DNA from: Burkholderiaceae bacterium
Lineage (GTDB): Bacteria > Pseudomonadota > Gammaproteobacteria > Burkholderiales > Rhodocyclaceae
Length of the DNA stretch: 64,000 nucleotides
Direction of reading: 5' to 3'
Assembly (NCBI GenBank): GCA_021738065.1
Contig: JAIPCT010000003.1
Location: 474 to 64,473 of the forward strand
The notes beneath the pieces are model-generated. The model saw nothing but the letters and a program-made list of their open reading frames with translations. It had not been told where the DNA came from and searched no databases. Shown here piece by piece: positions 41,883 through 50,161 of this stretch (position 1 is the stretch's first letter; each line of letters starts with the position of its first letter). The position numbers and the translations under genes are program-made.

Positions 41883-42692
41883 ATGCCCATTTCAATAAAA
41901 ACCGCCCAAGACATCGTCGAGATGCGCGTCGCTTGCCGTCTGGCGGGTGAAGTACTTGACTATATCGATCCTTTCGTCAAGCCGGGAATCACCACGGCAG
42001 AACTGGATCGCTTGTGTCACGACTATATGGTCAACGTTCAGGGCTGCATCCCCGCGCCACTCAACTATGCACCGCCGGGCTATGCGCCGTATCCGAAATC
42101 GATTTGCGCGTCGGTCAACCATCAAGTCTGCCATGGCGTGCCGAATGAACGGACGCTAAAGAAGGGCGACATTGTCAATCTTGACATCACCACGATCAAG
42201 AACGGCTGGCATGGCGACACCAGCCGCAGTTTTTGTGTCGGCGAGGCATCGATCCTCGCCAAGCGACTGGTGTCGATGACGCATGAGTGCATGTGGGTGG
42301 GCATCGCCGAAGTACGGCCCGGAGTCCATTTGGGCGCTATCGGTGCGGCAATCCAAAGTCATGCGGAGGGCGCGGGATTCTCCGTAGTACGCGAATTCTG
42401 CGGCCACGGCATTGGCCGCAGTTTCCACGAAGAACCGCAGGTCCTTCACTACGGCAAGGCCAGCGATGGCCCCATTCTGGTGCCGGGCATGGTCTTTACC
42501 ATCGAGCCCATGATCAACGCCGGCAAGGCAGCGATATCCGAATTGCCGGACGGCTGGACCATTGTCACCAAAGACCGCAGTCTTTCAGCCCAATGGGAAC
42601 ATACGCTTTGCGTGACCGAAACCGGCGTTGAAGTCATGACACTCTCGGCCGGGGCGCCCCCCTGTCCCGACCATATCCGGATCAAACCTTGA
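41883..42692 (+). CDS. map: Methionine aminopeptidase, type I
   Basis: VCHGVP, GWHGDTS, CGHGIG, FTIEPM, SAQWEHT. Confidence 0.97.
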   Translation: MPISIKTAQDIVEMRVACRLAGEVLDYIDPFVKPGITTAELDRLCHDYMVNVQGCIPAPLNYAPPGYAPYPKSICASVNHQVCHGVPNERTLKKGDIVNLDITTIKNGWHGDTSRSFCVGEASILAKRLVSMTHECMWVGIAEVRPGVHLGAIGAAIQSHAEGAGFSVVREFCGHGIGRSFHEEPQVLHYGKASDGPILVPGMVFTIEPMINAGKAAISELPDGWTIVTKDRSLSAQWEHTLCVTETGVEVMTLSAGAPPCPDHIRIKP

Positions 42693-45301
42693 GCAAAGCG
42701 CTCGAGCCCGCCTCAATCGGCGATCACGTGAGCGAACAGAGTGCAGTTGCCTCCGCGGCAAAAAGTCTTCTGACCGAGAGCCAGAGTGCGCTGGCCCTAG
42801 CCTGGCACGAAAAGCGGCAAGGCCTTCCCCTGCTCAAAGGCCGCGCGGCACTGGTGGATAGCGTGCTGAGACTGGTCTGGTCATCTCTCGCCATGCCGGA
42901 AGATTACGCGCTGGCGGCGGTTGGCGGCTATGGACACGGCCTGCTTTATCCCGGTTCGGACGTTGACCTGCTGATCTTGCTGCCGGAAAGCCCTGGTGCG
43001 GACCATGAACCGCGCGCCGCCTCTCAACTCGAGCAACTGATAGGCACCCTATGGGACGTGGGCCTCGATATCGGTCACAGCGTGCGCAGCGTCGAGCAAT
43101 GCCTCGAAGAGGCCGATCGAGACATTACGGTCAAGACCTCCTTGCTCGAGGCGCGCTATCTGGCCGGCTCGCACACGCTTTTTGAAAACCTCGAACAGCG
43201 CAGCAATGCCGCGCTGGACCCGGCGGAATTTTTCAAAGCCAAGCAACTGGAGCAAGCCGAACGCTACGCCCGATACAACGACACGCCCTACAGCCTTGAA
43301 CCCAACTGCAAGGAGAGTCCCGGCGGACGGCGGGATTTGCAGGTGATTCGCTGGGTCACGCATGCGGCCGGCATAGGCAACGAATGGAAGGCTTTGACGA
43401 AAGCCGAGCTGATCACGACAAGCGAGGTACGTCAGCTTGAAGGCGCCGACCAATTTTTGCGCGAATTGCGTATCGAACTGCATTATCTGGCAGGCCGCCG
43501 TGAGGACAGGCTGCTGTTCGATCACCAGGAGAAACTGGCCCAGGCCATGGGTATCGAGGCGACAGAGGCAAAGCGCGCGTCCGAAGTCTTGATGCAGCGT
43601 TATTACCAGAATGCCAAACTGGTTACGCTGCTGAACGTATTGGTCATGCAGATTCTGGCCGACCGCCTGCTGCCGGCACGACCAGGGCCGCCCATCATCA
43701 TCGACAGCCACTTTCAGATGGTGCGGGAGCAACTCGACGTGCGCGAGGAAACCATCTTCCAGCAATTCCCCCGCACCATTCTTGAATGCTTTCTGCTGCA
43801 GATGCAGCGTTCGGAACTCAAGGGCATGACGCCGCGCACCCTGCGAGCCTTGTGGCGCGCGCAGGGGCGCATCGATGCCGGATTTCGTCGCGATCCGGAG
43901 AATCGCGCCCTGTTTCTCAAACTCTTCCAGCAGCAACATCTGGTACACCCGCTGCGGCGCATGAATCAGTACGGGATTCTGGGGCGCTATCTACCGGCCT
44001 TTGGTCGCATCGTCGGACAAATGCAGCACGATCTCTTCCACGTCTACACAGTGGATCAACACATATTGCAGGTGATGCGCAATTTGCGGCGCTTTGCGAT
44101 GCCCGAATTTGCGCATGAGTACCCATTCTGTTCCCGACTGATGGCAGGCTTCGAGAATCGCTGGCTGCTCTATCTTGCAGCTTTGTTCCATGACATTGCC
44201 AAAGGCCGTGGCGGCGACCATTCCCAACTCGGGAAAAAGGATGTCGCCCGATTTTGCCGCGATCACGAAATAGCCGGCGAGGATGCCGAACTGCTGAGCT
44301 TTCTGGTCGAACAACATCTGACGATGTCGCAAGTCGCACAGAAGCAGGATCTGGCCGACCCCGAAGTGATCCTCGCCTTTGCCAGCACGATTGGCGACAT
44401 GCGCAGACTCATCGCGCTTTACTTGCTGACCGTGGCCGACATTCGGGGTACCAGTCCGAAAGTGTGGAATGCCTGGAAAGCCAAGCTACTCGAAGACCTG
44501 TTCCGGATGACCGCCAGTGTTCTGAGCGGCACCACCGTTCTGCAACTTACCGGCGTCGCGGAACGGCAGGAAGAGGCGCGGCGCATTCTGCGTTACCACG
44601 GACTGCGTCCGGATATCGAAGTGAATTTGTGGAATCAGCTCGATACCGCCTACTTCATGCGCCATGCTGCCGAGGAAATCGCCTGGCATACACGTATTCT
44701 CTATCACCGCCCGGACAGCAAAGTTCCGGTGGTGCGCGCGCGTCTCAACCCCATGGGCGATGGACTCCAGGTGATGGTTTATGTGCCCGATCAAGCCAAT
44801 CTGCTCGCCCGCCTTTGCGGGTTTTTTGCGCGTGCCGGTTACAGCATTGTCGACGCGAAAATCCACACGACTCGACATGGCTACGCGCTGGACAGTTTCG
44901 TGGTCTTTGCTTTCGATTCAACCCAGATCTATCGTGACGTAATCGCCCTAATCGAACATGGAATCACCGAACAGCTTGAACAGCAACCGCCCTTGCCGGC
45001 GGCCCTCAGCGGGCGCGTCTCACGCTTGGTGCGCCACTTTCCGATCGCGCCGGAAGTCGATATTCGCGTCGATGACCGCGGCAGCCATTACCTGATGTCC
45101 ATCAACACCGCGGATCGACCCGGTCTGCTGTATGCCATCGCACGCATTCTGGACGAGCACAACATCACGCTGCACACGGCCAAGATTGCCACTCTGGGCG
45201 AACGTGTCGAGGACGTTTTCCTCATCAGCGGCAAAGAGTTGGAACGCACCGCCACCGTCGTGAGACTGGAACAGGACATCGTCGCCGCGCTGGAGATCTG
45301 A
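42689..45301 (+). CDS. glnD: [Protein-PII] uridylyltransferase
   Basis: AVGGYG...SDVDL, HD domain LFHDIAKGRGGDHS, two ACT domains. Confidence 0.97.
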   Translation: MSKALEPASIGDHVSEQSAVASAAKSLLTESQSALALAWHEKRQGLPLLKGRAALVDSVLRLVWSSLAMPEDYALAAVGGYGHGLLYPGSDVDLLILLPESPGADHEPRAASQLEQLIGTLWDVGLDIGHSVRSVEQCLEEADRDITVKTSLLEARYLAGSHTLFENLEQRSNAALDPAEFFKAKQLEQAERYARYNDTPYSLEPNCKESPGGRRDLQVIRWVTHAAGIGNEWKALTKAELITTSEVRQLEGADQFLRELRIELHYLAGRREDRLLFDHQEKLAQAMGIEATEAKRASEVLMQRYYQNAKLVTLLNVLVMQILADRLLPARPGPPIIIDSHFQMVREQLDVREETIFQQFPRTILECFLLQMQRSELKGMTPRTLRALWRAQGRIDAGFRRDPENRALFLKLFQQQHLVHPLRRMNQYGILGRYLPAFGRIVGQMQHDLFHVYTVDQHILQVMRNLRRFAMPEFAHEYPFCSRLMAGFENRWLLYLAALFHDIAKGRGGDHSQLGKKDVARFCRDHEIAGEDAELLSFLVEQHLTMSQVAQKQDLADPEVILAFASTIGDMRRLIALYLLTVADIRGTSPKVWNAWKAKLLEDLFRMTASVLSGTTVLQLTGVAERQEEARRILRYHGLRPDIEVNLWNQLDTAYFMRHAAEEIAWHTRILYHRPDSKVPVVRARLNPMGDGLQVMVYVPDQANLLARLCGFFARAGYSIVDAKIHTTRHGYALDSFVVFAFDSTQIYRDVIALIEHGITEQLEQQPPLPAALSGRVSRLVRHFPIAPEVDIRVDDRGSHYLMSINTADRPGLLYAIARILDEHNITLHTAKIATLGERVEDVFLISGKELERTATVVRLEQDIVAALEI

Positions 45302-45384
45302 CACCTCGCGCTTCAGGCACTCATGCCGCTAGCCGTTGCCGCCCCGGGCTTCGAGTGCCGCATAGCGCTATTGCCGAAGGCGGA

Positions 45385-46317
45385 CTAGCCGTCGTCATTG
45401 ATGTGGGCAATCAACTCCTTCAGAACCACATCGGCCCGGTCGTTGGCAATCTGACATGTACCGGCGTTCTCATGTCCGCCGCCGGCATAGAACAGCATCA
45501 GTTCGCCGACATTGGTATTTGATGTTCTGTTGATGATCGACTTCCCTGTCGCCAGCACCGTGTTCTGTTTCTGCACGCCCCACAGAACATGAATCGAAAT
45601 ATTGATCTCGGGGAACAGCGCGTAGATCATGAAGCGATTGACGGCAAAAATCGTGTCTTCGTTGCGCAGATCAAGCACGGCAAGGTTCTTGTGCAGCGTG
45701 GTGCAGCGCTTGATCTGCTCCTTGGCCTTTTCGGCATGCTCGAAATAGAGATCGACGCGTTCCTTGACATCCGGCAGGGCCAGAATGTCATCGATGCCGT
45801 GATCCCTGCAATAGGCAATCAGATCCATCATCAACTGGTAGTTGCTGACACGGAATTCGCGGAAGCGGCCGAGGCCGGTGCGTGAGTCCATCAAGTAGTT
45901 GAGCAGCACCCAATCCTGCGGATCAAGGATCTCCTGGCGCGTGAAGGCTGCCGAATCGCTCTTGTCGACCGCAATCATCATTTCCGTGAACGGTGTCGGG
46001 AAACGGCTCTTGCCACCGTAGTGTTCAAACACCACCCGGGCCGCCGAAGGCGCGTCAGGATAGATGATGTGATTGGGTCGCTCACCGGGATTGCGGAAAG
46101 TCTCGGACAGATGATGATCAAACGCCAGATGCACGCCGGGAACAAAGGGCAGATTTGTCGTGATGTCACGTTCCGTAATCTCGATCTTGCCGTCCTGCAT
46201 GTCCTTGGGATGGACAAATTTGATCTCGTCGATCAGATTGATTTCGTTGAGCAAGACCGCGCAGACCAGCCCATCGAAATCGCTGCGCGTCACGAGACGG
46301 AATTTATTTTCGGACAT
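45385..46317 (-). CDS. DHH-family phosphoesterase (exopolyphosphatase/nanoRNase-like)
   Basis: RSDFDG, FDHH and GGGH motifs. Confidence 0.88.
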   Translation of the reverse strand: MSENKFRLVTRSDFDGLVCAVLLNEINLIDEIKFVHPKDMQDGKIEITERDITTNLPFVPGVHLAFDHHLSETFRNPGERPNHIIYPDAPSAARVVFEHYGGKSRFPTPFTEMMIAVDKSDSAAFTRQEILDPQDWVLLNYLMDSRTGLGRFREFRVSNYQLMMDLIAYCRDHGIDDILALPDVKERVDLYFEHAEKAKEQIKRCTTLHKNLAVLDLRNEDTIFAVNRFMIYALFPEINISIHVLWGVQKQNTVLATGKSIINRTSNTNVGELMLFYAGGGHENAGTCQIANDRADVVLKELIAHINDDG

Positions 46318-46337
46318 CGGTCATCTCCCACCCAATC

Positions 46338-49300
46338 TCAGTCGAAGCTTGAATTGTATTCCAGAGTCGCCAGGATGCCATGGGCCACATAAAACACCGC
46401 CAGTCGCTGCGGCAAGTCCTCGGCGGCGAACAACGCAGCATAGGATTCGAGCTGTACACGGAAACGCTCGGCATGCTCCGTCAGTCGAGAACGATCGGCC
46501 GCTTCGCCAAGATCGGCAGTCTTGTAATCGACGATCCAGCGCACGCCATCTTCGACAAAACAACGATCGACCACGCCCACCTGCGCCGTGCCGCCAGCGC
46601 CGACTTTTGTCAGCGCCAGTTCCGCGCCGGCATCCTCACGTCGGCTCAGAACCCAGCGTCCATCCGCGCTGCCCAAGGTGGTGGACAACATTCGCACGAC
46701 ACGGGCCGCACCGGCTCGGGCCTCGGCCGGCGGCCAGCCCCGGCTGGCCAGCCAGCGCTCAAAACCCGGCTGCCGCTGGGCGACCGCCTCCGCCGTCCAC
46801 GCCTCGGGCTCGACGGCGACCAGTTCCAGCACGGCATGCGTCACGATACCTACCGCGGCACCCAGTGGATCCAGTGTCTCGCCGCGGTTCCCATACCTCA
46901 CCGTCGAGAACGCAGGCGCTCGCCAGTGCTCCGAAGCGACAGGCGCTGTGAGCCGCACCAACTGCGGCACGAAATCCGCCAGATCACCTGCGACAAGCTT
47001 GCTCGAATCGTCCGCCGTCGTCGCACTGGCTTGCTGGAAAGTCGATTCGACCGCAGGCCACAGGCGGGCGAGGGGCGAAGCCGCACGTGGCGCCATCAGC
47101 ACGCCCTGCTCATCGCAGCGGGCAACCCCCACCAGATGCAAGCGGCGCACCGCGCGCGTCGCCGCGACGTAAAGCACGCGGGATTCTTCATTGCGGCTGC
47201 GCTCGCGCTCCATGCGCTGCAAAAAGTCGTAAGCGGTCGGCTCGCCGCTGCCGCGGGCGCGTCGCTGGTTCACGGGTGCCGCGACAAGACGCTCGCCCGA
47301 AGCCAGCGAAAAACTGTCCCAGGCCAGCAAAGGTGTATCGCGCCCGGCCGGTTCCCGATGCAGGCCCGGCAAAATCACCGTGTCGAATTCAAGCCCCTTG
47401 GCCTTGTGTATCGTCATCAACTGCAAGCGGCCGTCAGCCTGCGCATCCGGCGCGGCGTACAAGCGGCCCAGATCGTTTTCGAGACTGTCAAGTGCAAAAC
47501 GTCCGGCCGCGACCAGCGCATCGAGACGCTGGAAGAAGGCCCGGGCATTGGCGAGTGCGTCGGCATCCGGTGCGCCGCGTCCATCTGCCAGACACTGCGG
47601 CCCGCCCAGTTTGCGCCAGACGTCTTCGACCCAGCGCCGGCAGCGCTGTCGGCCTTGCCCGGCCAGGGCTTCACCCAATACCTCGCGCAGATAAACCAGA
47701 CGGCGCCGGCCGTCATCCGACAATCTTTCGACGCGCTGCGCGTCATTCATCAGCGACCAGACAGTGGCCTGGTGATTATCGCCGGCCAGGGCATGCAGGT
47801 CGGCCAAACACAGGCCGCACCAGGGTGCGCGCAGGATCGCCAGCCAATGCACCCGATCGCCCCGATGATGCAGGGCGCGGGTCAGGGAGACCAAATCCTG
47901 CACGACCTGACGTCCGGCCAGCGCTTCGATTTCCACGGCAGAGAAACGCCAATCGCCGGCATGCCGGCGGATCGCCGCGACCAGCGCGACCAGATGATCC
48001 CGCGCCCGCACCAGTACCGCGATCTGCCGCGCCGGATCTTCGTGCCATTCGCTTTCGATCAGCGAAATGATGCGCTGCGCCTCGGCGCCGGCAAAGTCAC
48101 CCTCGCCCTTGATGGCCAGCACGGGATGAATCGAGACACCCGCTTGTGCCTGGGTTTCCCTTGTGGCGACGAACTCGCGATAGCGGATCTCGCCGCGCAG
48201 GGGATCGTCGGCTGGCGGAAACACGCCCGGAAAGCAGTCATTGATCCAATTCACCACCTCGGGACAGGAGCGGTTGTTGCGCGACAGGCGCAAGGGCTGC
48301 AGCCGCAGCGAGCCGATGCCTTGGGCGGCAACACGCAGGAAAAGTCCGACATCGGCCTTGCGGAAACGGTAGATGGACTGCATCGGATCACCCACCGCGA
48401 ACAGGGTGCGGCCGTCGTCGGGCTGCCAGCCGGCGATCAGGCGCTCGAGCAGCTCGACCTGGGTTGGGCTGGTGTCCTGGAATTCGTCGACCAGCAAATG
48501 GCGGATGCGGTAATCGAGACGCAAGCCCAATTCGGACGGATCGAGCTCGTCACCCAGCGCGGCAATGGCGCGGCTCGACAGTTCACCGAAATCGACTTCG
48601 CCGGATTCACGAAAGACCAGCCAGAGTTCCGCTGCAGCGAGCTTCATCAGGCGGGCCAGCGCACGCACCACGGCATCATTGTTGTGATCGGGAGCCGGCA
48701 GCACGCGCAAGCCGCGCAAGGCATCGATTGCGGCGGCATCCAGCCCGGCCAATCCTTCCAGCATGCGATCTTTTTGCGCCTTGAACTCCTTGCCGGCGGG
48801 AAAGCCGTTCTTCACGGTCACCGTCTTGCGCGGCTCATCCTTCAGCGTGAGCAGCAAGTCCGCCAGCGCGCGCCAGTCAGGCAGATACTCCGGATCGGCG
48901 GCCAGTGGCTGCGTCCAGTCCTCCAGGCGACCGCCGCCGAGCTGGCCGGCGGCAAAACGCGCCAGCGGCATCCACGGCGTCTGCCAGGACTCGTCGAGCA
49001 CCGCCGCGATCAGCGCCAGCTCTTCGCCGACCATTTCCTGCAACGCTTCGCTGATGGCCGACTCAGGATCGTCAAGCTCTGCAATCTCGCGCCATTGCTC
49101 GCGCCGCGCCAGCATCTCGGCGAGCAGACGCGCCAGCCGCGCAACATCGTTGTCGAGGTAAGCCAGAGCGGATGCCACCGCCTCGGCGTATTCGCGCTCA
49201 TCCTCGCCGCGGCCCTCGAGATGATCCAATGCGCGCCGCGCCGCCTCCTCGTAATGCCGCTGCGCGTCTTCCGCCACTGCCGGCTGCGCGCCGAAGCGTG

Positions 49301-49712
49301 AGAGCAAGGGCATCTGTCGCGCCAGACCGGCACACAGCGCATCGATGGTGGTCAGACGCAGCCGCCCCGGCTGGGTATCGATTTGCCAGTCCAGTTCGGC
49401 GGATCGCGCCAAAGCCATACGCGCCAGCTCGAAGGTAATGCGCTTGTGAGGCGCCTCGGGCATCCGGCCGTCGCGAGCCAGCGTCAGGCTGTCCTGGATG
49501 CGCTGGCGCATTTCGCCGGCGGCCTTGTTGGTGAAGGTGATGGCGATGATTTCTTCGGGCGCGTCCACCGTTGCCAGCAACCGCAGGTAGCGCTGAGTGA
49601 GCAATTCCGTCTTGCCCGCCCCCGCCGGCGCCTCGACGATGAAGGACTCCAGTTCCAGCGCGCGGCGGCGGTTCCCTTCGTCGGTTTCCAGCAGATTCAT
49701 CTTAACTTTCAT
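46338..49712 (-). CDS. addA: AddA/RecB-like UvrD helicase-nuclease
   Basis: APAGAGKT, TFTNKAAGEM, VDEFQDTS, VGDPMQSIYRFR, TIHKAKGLEF, YVAATRA, IVDYKT. Confidence 0.9.
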   Translation of the reverse strand: MKVKMNLLETDEGNRRRALELESFIVEAPAGAGKTELLTQRYLRLLATVDAPEEIIAITFTNKAAGEMRQRIQDSLTLARDGRMPEAPHKRITFELARMALARSAELDWQIDTQPGRLRLTTIDALCAGLARQMPLLSRFGAQPAVAEDAQRHYEEAARRALDHLEGRGEDEREYAEAVASALAYLDNDVARLARLLAEMLARREQWREIAELDDPESAISEALQEMVGEELALIAAVLDESWQTPWMPLARFAAGQLGGGRLEDWTQPLAADPEYLPDWRALADLLLTLKDEPRKTVTVKNGFPAGKEFKAQKDRMLEGLAGLDAAAIDALRGLRVLPAPDHNNDAVVRALARLMKLAAAELWLVFRESGEVDFGELSSRAIAALGDELDPSELGLRLDYRIRHLLVDEFQDTSPTQVELLERLIAGWQPDDGRTLFAVGDPMQSIYRFRKADVGLFLRVAAQGIGSLRLQPLRLSRNNRSCPEVVNWINDCFPGVFPPADDPLRGEIRYREFVATRETQAQAGVSIHPVLAIKGEGDFAGAEAQRIISLIESEWHEDPARQIAVLVRARDHLVALVAAIRRHAGDWRFSAVEIEALAGRQVVQDLVSLTRALHHRGDRVHWLAILRAPWCGLCLADLHALAGDNHQATVWSLMNDAQRVERLSDDGRRRLVYLREVLGEALAGQGRQRCRRWVEDVWRKLGGPQCLADGRGAPDADALANARAFFQRLDALVAAGRFALDSLENDLGRLYAAPDAQADGRLQLMTIHKAKGLEFDTVILPGLHREPAGRDTPLLAWDSFSLASGERLVAAPVNQRRARGSGEPTAYDFLQRMERERSRNEESRVLYVAATRAVRRLHLVGVARCDEQGVLMAPRAASPLARLWPAVESTFQQASATTADDSSKLVAGDLADFVPQLVRLTAPVASEHWRAPAFSTVRYGNRGETLDPLGAAVGIVTHAVLELVAVEPEAWTAEAVAQRQPGFERWLASRGWPPAEARAGAARVVRMLSTTLGSADGRWVLSRREDAGAELALTKVGAGGTAQVGVVDRCFVEDGVRWIVDYKTADLGEAADRSRLTEHAERFRVQLESYAALFAAEDLPQRLAVFYVAHGILATLEYNSSFD
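46584..46608 (-). repeat. Dispersed 25-bp motif, copy 11 (AAAAGTCGGCGCTGGCGGCACGGCG)
   Basis: Sense in addA, encodes KVGAGGTA. Confidence 0.9.
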
Positions 49713-49775
49713 GCAGCGACTGCACCCCTGATGATGAAACAGGACAAAAGCGCCAGGAAGACCCGCCCCTCCCTT

Positions 49776-50084
49776 CCTCCCCTCACGGGGAGGCTATCAA
49801 TCGGCTCGCTTCGCTCGACTATCACTCTTCGCTCTGAACACGAAATTTCACGCTAACGCTCATGGCAGCAAGCTCCATCCGCAGAAGATGAAACACGCGA
49901 AAACCAAATTGAACGCCCGCCCCCCCATCCGCTGCGCGGCCCACGGCTGGCTTTGCACAGCGAGCCGGCTGCGGCGGCGCGACGCTTGCGTCGCGAATTC
50001 CCGCCTCGCCCCTCGCGGGGGCTACTGATTGGCTCGCTTCGCTCGACTCTCACCCGTCGCTCCGAACACGGAATTTCACACTAA
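49776..50084. repeat. Two ~75-80-bp imperfect direct repeats with hairpins (REP-like) between addB and addA
   Basis: ~49776-49856 and ~50008-50084 share CCCCTC.CGGGG...GGCTCGCTTCGCTCGACT.TCAC...TCGCTC.GAACACG.AATTTCAC.CTAA. Confidence 0.85.
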
Positions 50085-50161
50085 ATCCTTCACCAGGGAG
50101 GCTCGGAGAAATTCAGAATCGATTTTCTCCGTTCCTCGGTGATTCTGTACTTCAAGTACTT

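Noticed and set aside
46380-49301. Very long antisense ORFs (973 aa here; also 4788-6251, 10197-11702, 50984-52327 and others)
   Set aside because: Shadow ORFs opposite well-supported genes, expected from high-GC codon bias; no recognisable motifs.
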